Source of the DNA: Eledone cirrhosa
Taxonomy: Eukaryota
Reading direction: 5' to 3'
Assembly (NCBI GenBank): GCA_964016885.1
Contig: OZ024740.1
Span: 272,304,001-272,368,000 of the forward strand
DNA length: 64,000 nucleotides
The position numbers and the translations under genes were made by a program. The notes under the pieces are model-generated. The model saw nothing but the letters and a program-made list of their open reading frames with translations, was not told where the DNA came from and did not search any database. Of the stretch, positions 13,179 through 26,536 are shown one piece after another (within the stretch, counting starts at the first letter, position 1; each line of letters opens with the position of its first letter).

Positions 13179-13295
13179 TATTATTGTTCTGCAACCCCAT
13201 GCATTGAACCACACTGTTATTAAGACAAAACCTATATATTTGCTAGCATTGATATGCATCTGTATGTATATATATGTTACTAGATATGGATTCTT

Positions 13296-13335
<40 letters not shown>

Positions 13336-14009
13336 CTGAGCAGGACCACTGGTTTCATCATGAGCAAAATACACTTGCAAAGATAATAGTAATAAGTACA
13401 GCCTGCTCAATGTCCCCCCTCTCTCTCACACACACATATATATATATATATATATTCAACTATTATCAACCTTAATCAACTATTATTATAGTTATCCATA
13501 TGGTAGCTACTATATTTTCAAATTCCAAATTTACCTAGGCTTCGTAAGCTAATCATACATATATCTGTATGTGTATATATTTGTATACACATATATCTAT
13601 ATGTATATGTTTGTATAAACCTATATATGTATGTAAGATTACTCGTTTCCCTTCTACTTTGTTCACATACATATTGATGTTTTAGATATAATTTATTAAA
13701 ATAATTTTGTACTTCTTTCCGGGAAGAAACACCAAGTGTTTAGATGAATTATCCTGAGTCAATGAAACCTATAAAGACAGTAGTTAGTCCCGATATTATA
13801 CTGTGAAGCTTGCTTCCAATCTTACTTTCCATCGTGGGGGCTCTAGACACGAGTCTACATGAGAGCTATGCGGCCACTCAACATGTTAAACACACCTGTC
13901 ATATTATATCAAACTAGAGCTTCCAGATTTCGAAAATAGATAGTTTTGATGGTGCATGCCATTGGTAGAGTAGGAAGAGGACGCTGATCTATCTACTGTT
14001 AGCTCTATT

Positions 14010-14660
14010 TCATGTGTTACATCATAGATTTTTTCCATCACTCGTGAACACGGCCCCGAGATACTTGAACTTCTCCACCTGCTTCAGTGAAAGTCCACTC
14101 ACATGTAGAGCTCACTGTTCAGGCTTCCGTGAGAGGATGAGTGTTTCAGTCTTAGAAGCACTAATTTTTTATTCCAGCCGTCAAGCACACGGCATCAAAT
14201 CTATCAAGTGCATGTCGGAGATCGCCTTTTGACGAGTTAAGTGATATTATGTGGACTGCAAATTCCAGCCGACTGATCTTACACCCACCAGTCATAATAT
14301 CACTTCCAACATGGCTGTGCATGTCAATCCAGTTCATGAAGATTATGAAGAGGAGAGATGACAGTCACTACTTCTTTGAATTGAGAAATCACAGCTCTTA
14401 TAATACGGGCATGTGGTTAGAATGTCTCAGGAAAGAATCGCTGGCTAGATTTCTCGGGCAAAACCAATCGGCAAGAGACCCAGGGATAGATCCCGAGCAA
14501 GATGCTTGGATAGCAGCCACGAGCTTGTCTGGTCACGCTTGAGGATCCAGCCTGATCAATTGAAGGTGGTTGCTTCTGGCAGGACCCTTTATAAGGAGTG
14601 TTTGAAGATTCTTCCCCCCCCCCCACGACCCTCTCAGGAATAACGGGGCGAAGAAGAAGA
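14010..14660. mobile_element. Decayed RTE fragments in inverted arrangement
   Basis: Minus-strand VEKFKYLGAVFTSDG (14010-14365) joined to plus-strand GHVVRMSQER..KRPRDR 3' end; latter homologous to 33400-33700. Confidence 0.7.
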
Positions 14661-16191
14661 AGGTGTAGATCCGGTTGGAATTAGAACAAATGTCACAAGG
14701 TATTCTATTTGACGCTCTAACGACTCCACCAGTTAGCCGCATTAATGAAATTCAGATTAAATTAATTACAAAATATGCAAAAATGCTTTAAAATCAACTA
14801 AAGTACGAATGGTCGACTGAAGATGGGTTTTATTTTCTTTGTGCTTACTCTAATAATGTGCATTCAGTCTATTTTTGTATGGCTCAGTCTGGGGAGAAAT
14901 GGGAGAGTCTATGAGCCTTATAGGGGCTTTGAGACTGTTGTGTTCAAATCCCACCGAGGTCAATTTATTGTTTCATTCTTTCGGTATCAGTAAAAAGTGT
15001 ACCAGTCCATACGGAGGTTGATTTTTTTCTCGCTCCTGTCTTTCTTTTTCCATAGGAGAAATATCGGTTCTGATCAGAGCCGCCGAGAGATGGGCCCCAT
15101 CAAGTTTAGATGCCTGAGACACGTAGGTCACGACAACTATATCATAATTTTAGGATCCAAGGAAAGGAAAGACTTTCTTGTAATACATTTTATGATTGAC
15201 AGGCGTGAGACAAAGGCTCGAGGTAAGATGTCGAATAGAGAACATGTCACTCAGTTTTTTCCACTTTTCTTAATACACTAGTTATTTCATATCACTTTCC
15301 TTGGTAACATCCTTGAGAAATAAATACATGAAGATCACACAGTCATCTATTCACCTTTCTATAAATAATATTTCCTTTTCTCTTTTTCTTTTCCTTCCAT
15401 CCTCTCTCTCTTCTCACTGAATTTCATCTAATATCTCTTTCTACATACAAATATATACACTCACACACATATACATACATTACATTCATACACACTCGTA
15501 CATGCACACATATGATCTATTGGATATTTATAATTGTTTCATACTTAGGTAGAAAGCCAAATTATATTTTTTCCCGTTCCATTGCCCAATATGTTATTAG
15601 AAATATATTTTATAGACTACAGGAAGATATGATAAGCTACTCACCCCCAGATGTCTGTCGTTTTTTTTTTTAAACTCAAAGCATTATATAAAGGAAACTA
15701 ACTAAATACACGAAAATATTAAGACACATTTTAATCATGTTTATCAACAGGTTGCCATGAAATGTTTACTAACTTACGGAAACATCATCATCATCATTAT
15801 CATCATTCTTATCATCACCCCAACCAGCACTTTTATCCAACTCCCCAGCTTATAACTTGAGCCACGATAAACAAAACAACAAACACGTCGAATCCCATAT
15901 GACATAAAAACCACAAGGTACAAAAAAAAAAAGAAAAATGAAAGACAAATAACGACAACAGACAAATAAAATATAACAAAAAAGATCTTCTCTTCACCAC
16001 CGTGTCCCCTCCCCACAAACTAACAAACATAAAAAAGTGAAAAGGTCTTGAATGGAATAGCTAAATTCTGTGTATGCTTGTTTATTGGTAAGATGCACCA
16101 TAGCTGTTTACTAATTAATACAACAATCGCTACCAGTAGCTTGTAATAGTAGCAGTAGCAGTAGTAGTAGTAACAACATCAGTAGTAGTAA

Positions 16192-16223
<32 letters not shown>

Positions 16224-16345
16224 CAAGTAGTAGTACTAGTAATGTAGTACATGAATAATGGATTTCACATGGTCTTTTCATTAGATGTTGGCAAATGTTT
16301 CTAACTTTAGGAAAATCAAACTGACGTGCCAAACCAAATAGTACA

Positions 16346-16361
16346 TGACCTTTCGTGACCT
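16346..16361. promoter_or_regulatory. Perfect DR4-type nuclear receptor element candidate
   Basis: TGACCT-TTCG-TGACCT in a non-repetitive island, next to TGACGT (16322) and TGACCC (16375). Confidence 0.3.
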
Positions 16362-16626
16362 ACTAAAGAGTCTCTGACCCTTGTGCAACCCTGCCAACAG
16401 ACACCATGAATAAGTTTTATCTGGGGTGACTACATTTTAACCTTAGAACTGAAACATACTTGCACACGCACATATATACAAAAACACGTATATAGTACAA
16501 CAAAGAGAAGAGAGACAAAAAAATACGAAAAAAAAAGTCCTCTCCAAAATATGCATTACAATGAACATTGCTAATTATTATTGTTGTCGTTGTTGTTGTT
16601 GTTTGCCGACATTGATGTGGTTGTTG

Positions 16627-16666
<40 letters not shown>

Positions 16667-16858
16667 TAACTACTGCAATTGGTGGTGACGACATCGTTGG
16701 GATAACACGACGATGACAACAAAGATGATGATGGTGATGATGAGGATGATGATGATGATGACGATAATGTTAATGCTGCTGCTACTGCCGCCGCACTCCT
16801 CCTCCTCCTCCTCCTCCTCCTCCTCCTCCTCCTCCTCCTCCTCCTCCTCCTCCTCCTC

Positions 16859-16890
<32 letters not shown>

Positions 16891-16996
16891 GGAACTGCTG
16901 TTGTTGTTGTTGTTCTTGTTGCTGCTACTGTTAATATTGTTGACTGATAAGAAATAAACACGATTCAGAAGAAATACAGAAAGAAGAGTGACGAAG

Positions 16997-17028
<32 letters not shown>

Positions 17029-18271
17029 GAAGAAGAAGATCATCAACAACAACAACAACAACAACAACAACACAAACAAAGAAGAGGCACAAGAGCGACG
17101 AAAATTTGTTATGAAATGAAACTAAAAACTGCCGACAAAAAATAAATAAAAGTTAAATGATAGAATTAGTAAGATTTTTAATTTAATCTTAAAATGAACA
17201 AAAGACATATTCTTTCCCGAAGTTTTGTCTTATTTTTCTTTTTTTTGTCCTTTTGTTATTTTGTCTCCCCTTTTTATGGTTTTTGTTTCATTTATAAATC
17301 TTCCATTTTGTTTTTTTTTTCATTTTCATTCATTTTTCATTTTTATTTTTAGAAACTGAAGCTAAAACAAACATCAACATCACGGTATCTGTCATGAATA
17401 TTTATATCTTTTGTTTTTAAATGCATTTTTTAATTGCATTGTTGTTGTATTTTTCAAAGAAGAAGAAGGAAGGGGAGGGGGAAAATGATGATGAGTTGGA
17501 GAAAAAAAGAAATCAGGACAATATTTATTTATTTACAAATTTGTTTGTTTTTATTTATTTTTTTGGTAGTTTTTGTTTATTTGTTTTGTTTTGAAATTCT
17601 TCTCAATGTTATCGTCCCCAAAGATTCTGATTTGACCTCTTTAATTACATTTAATTTCGTGTCACTTCGCAAACAATATATAAATAAAACAATGATATAA
17701 TACAACAAATAAGAGACGACGGAGTAGGAGAATGAGGGAGTAAGAGGGAGGATGGGAGAGAGAGGTGTGAGAGAGGGTGTGTGAGAGAGAGAGAGGGTGT
17801 GTGTGAGAGAGAGGGTGTGTGAGAGAGAGAGGTTGAGAGAAAGTGAGAGAGAGAGTTTTAGAGAGAGAGGGTGAGAGTGAGAGAAGGTGAGAGAGAAGAT
17901 GAGAGAGAGGGTGTGAAAGTGAGGGGGGAGAGAAAGAGATAGAGAGAGAGGAGGAGGAAGAGGGAGGGAGCAGAGAAATCGAGAGACAGAAAGCTAAATG
18001 AATAAATAGATAGAGATAAACAAAAAGATAGAGAGGCATTGGAACAGAGAGGGAGAGCATAACGAGAGAGAGAAAGGAGAAATAGATAAATTATCTGAAA
18101 GTAAGCCAAATTTACTAATATTTTCTGAAATAGGTAAATTCTTACCATCTACAAATCTTTTATTGTAAAAAAAGACAAAAAAATAAAATAAAACCTCTTT
18201 ATGTAAATATACGCCAATTCTGTATTTTAATCATCAGTCGAATAAAGCGAAAAATGAAATCCCAAACAACT

Positions 18272-18364
<93 letters not shown>

Positions 18365-18744
18365 TGTATACACATATATATATCTTCATTGTACTGTGTC
18401 GTTTGCTTTGCTTTGTTATTTCTGTTTACTTTTTACATACATAGACACACACATATATATGTATATATTTGTATATATTTATATATACACACACATATAT
18501 ACATATATACGCAAACAATTCTTAATAAATTGAAATATGCTTTACAGTTGAAGAAAGAAAACAAAATGTTAGTGGCATTAGCCAAGAATTTATAAGGTAA
18601 AGGCAAAATAATTAAAAAACTTTAAAATGGATCTATTTTATATCGTTTCATGAAGTTAATTTAATACATATATCGTTTGATGTGCTATATGTAGCAGTCA
18701 CATCCGTCTCAAACCACATTTTTCTGTATTATATATATATATAT

Positions 18745-18965
18745 AACGAAGGAAATGTGGTAAGGAACCAGATGGACTATAACGCACCAAAGTACTCAAT
18801 ACTTAGGGTAGTAGAGTGGGTAATAGGAACGAGTAGGACCCCGACGGCTGAGCTCAAGCCGCTTCGACGGCTAGTTCTGGACTAAAATGATTTTAGACTA
18901 AAAGATTTTAGTCCAGAATTAGCCGTCGAAACGGCTTGAGCTCAGCCGTCGGGGTCCTACTCGTT

Positions 18966-18970
<5 letters not shown>
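18745..18970. mobile_element. Family B fold-back element
   Basis: Homologous to 5856-6050; (TA)n flanks. Confidence 0.8.
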
Positions 18971-19015
<45 letters not shown>

Positions 19016-19069
19016 CATACATATGTTATCTCTTTCTCTTAATTTCGAGTATATTTTTTTGACCGGCCA

Positions 19070-20902
19070 TCTTCCCGGTGGCAAGGTTGTAAAAGAAAAG
19101 AAATTGTCATCCCTTGAATCGCAAGAATGTTTTGCAAATTTTGAAGGTGCCAGCTATCGCAGCCATTTGTAGACTATGAATTAGGGAGCTGCGCTTTTTG
19201 TCCGCAAATCCAAGTTCAGTCATACTTTGGTCCAAGCGGGTTGGATGAAGCTAAAGGTGTATCTTGGATACTGGATTTGTAAACTCCTCATCAATGGTCC
19301 GTAGATGTCCTCCTTCTCCTGTATTTTTCTGACAACGTTTACATCAAGTGGGCAGCTGATCTCCACAACAGAGCACGTTTTCAATGTGTGGTCCCAAACA
19401 ACAATATCAGGCCGGTTGTGCTTTAATTTGGTGGCAGTTTTTATTTTCAGGGTCCACCAGTATTCCTTAGTGCCATCTGTCTCAATATGTTCTTCCTCGT
19501 TTGTTGTTAATTTTGTTTTCCGAAGTGCGTTCCAGATGGTTCTAGCTATCCCATCGTGTCTCATGGGGAGGTAGTAGCGAGATGATATTCTTTAGCAGCT
19601 GGCAACAATGTGGCTTACATCCTCGATCTTTGTTTTACATAGCCTACATTTATTGTCAGCTGCTGGCCTCCCTTTTGTGCAGCAGATATTTGGTAGGGAG
19701 TTCTTGTTCCTGTATTGCATAGAGATATCCCTCAAGGCGTGATGTCATAAACTTGTCGGAACTCCATGCCAGGCTTTTTGAGTGGTTTATCCCCTCTATG
19801 GTCTGTGTTTTACGCCTCAAGTATCCATGCACAACTTTTTCTGTAAATTGGTCAATTTTTTCATCCTGTTTGAACATTGAATAGGATCTTCCGATTTCTC
19901 TGGGTGAGAGATTTATATCAGGCTTTATTCCATATCTCTCCTCCAGATCAGTCGCTATTCTAATGATATATTTGTTTTCATGCTCATAAACCTGGGCAAG
20001 ATGGTTGCCAACCTTTTTCCTCTGTTGAATGTGTTGCTTCAGTGTTACTATCCGGGTTTCATATGTTGTTAATATGGATTTTAGACCCAGGCCACCTTCC
20101 GTGCGTGAGATCACCATTGATGTTAAAGTTCCCAGTAACACTGAGAAGTTTGCGAGTTCTAACATCCATCTCACTTAGTTCTTGCAATGACCAGTTCAGC
20201 AGGTCAAATGTTGGCGTTAGAATTGGCACAGCATAAGTATTGTGGGCAATGTATTTGTTGTACGCTGACAGTTCTTATGACCATATTTTCTTTACTCTTC
20301 TGAGGTATTCAGTTCTGGTTCTCTCCTTATTTATGGGTCCATCATATCTGACCTTCTCATCCTGTCCAAGATATCTGTAGATGTCACCTGACTGTAGAGG
20401 TTGTATTGTCAGGCCGTTCATCTCTAGATTTCTAGAGGAGGCACAGTTCTGCCACGTTTTACTGCCAAATATGCACACTTGGACTCACCAAATTTCATTT
20501 TGATGTCTGTAGAAAATTGTGTAATGAGGTCCAATTGTTTCTTGATGTCATTGATATTTGGCCCATACAACTTCAGGTCATCAACAAAGAAAAGATGGGA
20601 GATACTTCTGGATCCACTTCTTTGTCCACCTTGTTTCCTGAGTAGGTAAGATAGTAGATTTAGTGAGAGAACGAAGAGTAGCACTGACAAGCTATCACCC
20701 TGAAAGATGCCCTTCTGGTAATGTATCTTATCAGTCTTAACTTCTCACCTCTAAGGATCAAATTGGTGTACCAGTTCTTGGTCAGGCGTTCAACAGCAGC
20801 TACTAATGGTTGTAGGACTTTGGCTAACTGTAAAGCCTTAATAATCCACCCATGAAGTACACTATCAAATGCTTTTTGATAGTCCAGTCACACCACAGTC
20901 AT
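19070..20902 (-). pseudogene. Decayed R4/Dong-like non-LTR retrotransposon (RT, CCHC, restriction-like endonuclease)
   Basis: [74 protein letters not shown] spread over frameshifted ORFs. Confidence 0.88.
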
Positions 20903-20943
20903 GTATGTATGTATGTATGTATGTATGTATGTATGTATGTATG

Positions 20944-20976
<33 letters not shown>

Positions 20977-21058
20977 GGTAAACAGAAATAACAACACAAT
21001 CGGTACAGTATATGAAAGGAATATATTAGGTCAACGCTTAAAATAGCAGGAAGAGGGG

Positions 21059-21092
21059 CTTGACGTTTCGGACGCTAGTCCTTCATCAGAAG
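21059..21092 (-). ncRNA. Minimal Type I hammerhead (family E)
   Basis: cuu CUGAUGA a ggac uagc gucc GAAAC GUC aag; canonical PLE-type minimal HHR. Confidence 0.85.
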
Positions 21093-21543
21093 AAAGAATG
21101 AGAAATAAGATAGATTGAAGGGACGGGCGGGTTGGACATATATATATATATCTTCTCCCCCCTCTCTCTCTCATGTGTGTGTATGTATGTATAACACGCT
21201 ATCTTCTTCTTCTTCTTCTTCTTCTTCTTTGTTTCACACATTTTCCCCGACGTCACATAAAATTCTATGTATACTTGTTATAGCTTAATTGCTATAAGTT
21301 TATGTTTTGTCTCGTCACTTACTCCACTGGACAGCACTTTGGCTTGTCTCAGATGCTGTGACCCTGGGTGGATCAGCAGTACCGTTAGTAGGGGTCGAAT
21401 CTGCCAAAGTCCATCTCAACGACCGATAACCCTGGAGGTCTGAGTCTTTCGTTTGTATTTTTATTTTTTAAAATCTAATTTTTTAAGGTTTCCCTTTAAA
21501 AGAAATTGTTTTTCGTTTTGCCTTATTTTCGTCCGTTGTCTTG

Positions 21544-21611
<68 letters not shown>

Positions 21612-22273
21612 GTAAAAAATCACAAACGATTAAGTACAGTTTAACGTTTCCGCTACCTGTATTTTTATTTTTTTGAAGTTATAATATAAATATAACATCT
21701 AATTATATTATAGTTTTGACGCGCTTCACTACTCAGATATCTCTCACACACGAATACAAACATTGACAAGCAATGAAACAACGTATCTTTAGCGGTCGAC
21801 TTATGAGATGGGACTGTCTGCGTTCATTTTCCTGTTTTCGCCCATCTTTTATGTTTTTATATATGTACACATGATGACTACCCCCTCATTATCAAGTATT
21901 GCACGATATAACATTATTAATAATTATCAATTATTAATAATTATCAATTAATGCTATCGTGCAATGCATGTGCGTGAAGATTTTTTAAAAGTGAGGAAAG
22001 ACTGTGCATCGAACCAATCCCACTCTCTGAGCGACAGTAGCTATAACCCGAAAAGAAGAAAAGATCAACATCATCGGTAATTACTGAGCCGCAGATTTTA
22101 TGTCGGAGTTATCCCAGCTTCCTGAGTTGCCTTCTCCTAGAAGAAGTTCTTGACAAAGGCTAGGGGTCCTTCACTCCCAGTGGTTTAAGCGCGCGGTCGA
22201 GTATCCAACCCGATTATTTCTATGTCCACGCGCATATATACCCATATGTATACATGTATATACATATATATGC

Positions 22274-22473
<200 letters not shown>

Positions 22474-22494
22474 GCATATACATACATATTTACA

Positions 22495-22691
22495 CAATTT
22501 TGGATGACCGTTGACTCATATGAGTTCTTCCGCCCTTTGTCATGTTTTACTTTTTGTCCTGCAGGGTGTTCAAAATCACCATCCTCACCAAGTTAACTTG
22601 TTGGGGTTGCTAGTTTAATCGCCGACGACCCGACCATGCGGCTGGTCGTACTGGGTTAGATGTTGCCAGTAGCACTCAGGACTGACCCTAC
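22495..22691 (-). mobile_element. Probable RTE 5' UTR fragment
   Basis: Homologous to 61200-61390 (GGGTCGTCGGYGAYTAAACT..GAACTCA..GAGTCAAC.G.CATCCAAA). Confidence 0.5.
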
Positions 22692-22695
22692 ATAT

Positions 22696-22769
<74 letters not shown>

Positions 22770-23941
22770 TACAACATATATATATATGCTACAACAGTGA
22801 CTTCGATCGTACTGATTTTATCTACACTACAGCCGCTTTAACTCTGGAATATAACCCAACAAAAGACGGACCTCGTAACATCATCGTGTGCTTCGATCGG
22901 TGCACCGCTTGTAGCTGTAGTTACAAAATTAACCAACACACAGACACACATGCGTTTGTGTATATTTATAGGCAAGTATAAATATACAGATACACACACA
23001 TTCCATTATATATTTATATAAGGTAATGTTTTTTGTTTTTCTCTCAACTATTTTGTTACATTAATTACTGTGGTGTATTTAGTCGAACACATCTGCTCGT
23101 ATGACAATCACCATAAAAATATGACATTCTAGGCGCGTCAGCGAATATAGGATACACAGAGAGTTTTGACAGCTTCGAAGATAAATCAAGATATTGTTAT
23201 AAATAATATATAGATAGATTGCCTATTTATATAATTATTGTCCTAAATGCTTTGGTGTTGTCCTTTATCTTTAGTCATTTTTTTTTGCTTCCGGCTCTTT
23301 TTTTTCTTTTTTCCTGAGCTATTTTTTGTTCATCCCTCAAGTCGTATCGTATCCGCATGTGTAACGTGTATGTTTGAAGATTTATCGCGCAAGGAAATAA
23401 CTGATTTACCCTACCAGTCGACACTCTGTAAAACTACACAGCGTTGGTTTTGTTTGTTATTTGAACAAAAATATGCCTGCCAACTGATTGAGCACACACA
23501 CAGATACACACACACATACATCCAAAGACTTACGCATACATACACATTCACAAACGCTTACACACCACATGCACTCTCAAACACATACACACACACCACA
23601 TACACTCTCAAACACACTCTCTCTCTCACACACACACTTCCAAACACTTACTCACACATGGTAGCTGCAAAGAACGTAAAAGAAGGGTAGTAGGAGTAGA
23701 GATGGATTGAACTATATTTATAAATGGAAGAGAATACGTATTTTCCACCAGAATACAACGTTCAGGAATCGAACCGACGACATTTTGATCGCAAGACCAA
23801 CATTTCAAACAAAAGGCGGCACGCCTTCGTACATATTTTCACACAGACAATTCCTTTTCGCCCGTTTTTTTCAGCCTCACTTTCATATTTCCTAAATTTT
23901 GTTTCAAATCTATATTAAATACACCATGTTTTTTTTTTATT

Positions 23942-23998
23942 CATTCAGACGACTGAAGACAGACACTACATCTGTTTTCAAGAAACCACTGGTAAATG
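23942..23998 (+). ncRNA. Type I hammerhead with one core substitution (family F)
   Basis: cauu CAGACGA c ugaagacaga cacuaca ucuguuuuca a GAAAC CACUG GUA aaug. Confidence 0.7.
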
Positions 23999-24026
23999 AA
24001 ATAATTATCTTATGTTGTTTATTATA

Positions 24027-24090
<64 letters not shown>

Positions 24091-24093
<3 letters not shown>

Positions 24094-24268
24094 CGAAGGA
24101 GTTGTGGTAAGGAACCAGATGAACCATAACGCACCAGAGTACTCAATACTTAGGGTAGTAGAGTGGGTACTAGGAGAAAGTATGACCCCGACGGCAGAGC
24201 TCAAGCCGTTTAGTCCAGAAATAGCCGTCGAAAGGGCTTGAGCTCTGCCGTCGGGGTCATACTTTCTG

Positions 24269-24270
<2 letters not shown>
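24091..24270. mobile_element. Family B fold-back element
   Basis: Homologous to 5856-6050; (TA)n both sides. Confidence 0.8.
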
Positions 24271-24299
<29 letters not shown>

Positions 24300-24302
<3 letters not shown>

Positions 24303-24500
24303 TAGGTAGTAACATGTGCTTACGCCAAATTTGACTAAATAGAATTAATCTGTTAGTTGGGATTTAAAAAAACCCTCTGATTGAAAAAAGAAGGATGAGT
24401 ATTTACGTACATGGGACACGAACCCACATCTTTAGTTTGCCGGACCAATGTATTACCATTACACCAAAACGCCACTCATGCTTCCATCCATTCAAATTCG
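24300..24500 (-). mobile_element. tRNA-like-head repeat, left inverted copy
   Basis: Reverse complement resembles 27515-27712. Confidence 0.65.
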
Positions 24501-24773
24501 CTAGCCAGTTTTTAAATAAAGCCTGCTTTCTGTCTCCCTATTTATATATATATATATATATATATATTAGTATGTACACGTACATACATATATGTATACC
24601 GACGTACAGTAGTATGTATATATATATATACATACATGTACACATATATATATGCACGTATGGATTCACCGAACATTTATTATAATGCTCGGTGTGTTTG
24701 TAAACAAACATCCCGTATTAAGCCGTAGTGTCTAGCAACCACCGTTGCTCGTTTGTTCAACACTAACAAAGGA

Positions 24774-24816
24774 ACGCTGTACTAGTTTCAAGCTTGTTAG
24801 CTATCGTCAGCAACGT
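24774..24816 (-). ncRNA. Type I hammerhead (family A); identical copies at 25196-25238, 25618-25660, 26040-26082
   Basis: acguug CUGACGA u agcu aaca agcu u GAAAC UA GUA cagcgu. Confidence 0.88.
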
Positions 24817-26493
24817 ATACCTTCCTGCCAGATTGTTGAACGTATATACTTACCTTATGCATATTAACGGCTGAGTAGCCCAATTTGCATATCGAGTGGG
24901 TTAATCGGCCGGGTGCACCGAAAACGATAAACGGAAAAAATGAAACGATATTTCATTTCCCACTCTTAGTACGGCTGTTACTTAAATATAAGTATGTACA
25001 CGTACATACATATATGTATACCGACGTACAGTAGTATGTATATATATATATACATACATGTACACATATATATATGCACGTATGGATTCACCGAACATTT
25101 ATTATAATGCTCGGTGTGTTTGTAAACAAACATCCCGTATTAAGCCGTAGTGTCTAGCAACCACCGTTGCTCGTTTGTTCAACACTAACAAAGGAACGCT
25201 GTACTAGTTTCAAGCTTGTTAGCTATCGTCAGCAACGTATACCTTCCTGCCAGATTGTTGAACGTATATACTTACCTTATGCATATTAACGGCTGAGTAG
25301 CCCAATTTGCATATCGAGTGGGTTAATCGGCCGGGTGCACCGAAAACGATAAACGGAAAAAATGAAACGATATTTCATTTCCCACTCTTAGTACGGCTGT
25401 TACTTAAATATAAGTATGTACACGTACATACATATATGTATACCGACGTACAGTAGTATGTATATATATATATACATACATGTACACATATATATATGCA
25501 CGTATGGATTCACCGAACATTTATTATAATGCTCGGTGTGTTTGTAAACAAACATCCCGTATTAAGCCGTAGTGTCTAGCAACCACCGTTGCTCGTTTGT
25601 TCAACACTAACAAAGGAACGCTGTACTAGTTTCAAGCTTGTTAGCTATCGTCAGCAACGTATACCTTCCTGCCAGATTGTTGAACGTATATACTTACCTT
25701 ATGCATATTAACGGCTGAGTAGCCCAATTTGCATATCGAGTGGGTTAATCGGCCGGGTGCACCGAAAACGATAAACGGAAAAAATGAAACGATATTTCAT
25801 TTCCCACTCTTAGTACGGCTGTTACTTAAATATAAGTATGTACACGTACATACATATATGTATACCGACGTACAGTAGTATGTATATATATATATACATA
25901 CATGTACACATATATATATGCACGTATGGATTCACCGAACATTTATTATAATGCTCGGTGTGTTTGTAAACAAACATCCCGTATTAAGCCGTAGTGTCTA
26001 GCAACCACCGTTGCTCGTTTGTTCAACACTAACAAAGGAACGCTGTACTAGTTTCAAGCTTGTTAGCTATCGTCAGCAACGTATACCTTCCTGCCAGATT
26101 GTTGAACGTATATACTTACCTTATGCATATTAACGGCTGAGTAGCCCAATTTGCATATCGAGTGGGTTAATCGGCCGGGTGCACCGAAAACGATAAACGG
26201 AAAAAATGAAACGATATTTCATTTCCCACTCTTAGTACGGCTGTTACTTAAATATAAGTATGTACACGTACTTATATACTGTACGTCGGTATACATATAT
26301 GTATGTACGTGTACATACTTATATTTAAGTAACAGCCGTACTAAGAGTGGGAAATGAAATATCGTTTCATTTTTTCCGTTTATCGTTTTCGGTGCACCCG
26401 GCCGATTAACCCACTCGATATGCAAATTGGGCTACTCAGCCTTTAATATGCATAAGGTAAGTATATACGTTCAACAATCTGGCAGGAAGGTAT

Positions 26494-26536
26494 ACGTTGC
26501 TGACGATAGCTAACAAGCTTGAAACTAGTACAGCGT
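26494..26536 (+). ncRNA. Type I hammerhead (family A); second copy at 26916-26958
   Basis: ACGTTG CTGACGA TAGCTAACAAGCTT GAAAC TA GTA CAGCGT. Confidence 0.88.

Noticed and set aside
13736-13780. TAGATGA..GAAACCTATA hammerhead-like spacing
   Set aside because: Multiple core and stem mismatches; too degenerate to call
26151-26425. Two mirror-image 68-aa ORFs
   Set aside because: By-product of the palindromic junction of the 422-bp array; non-ATG starts
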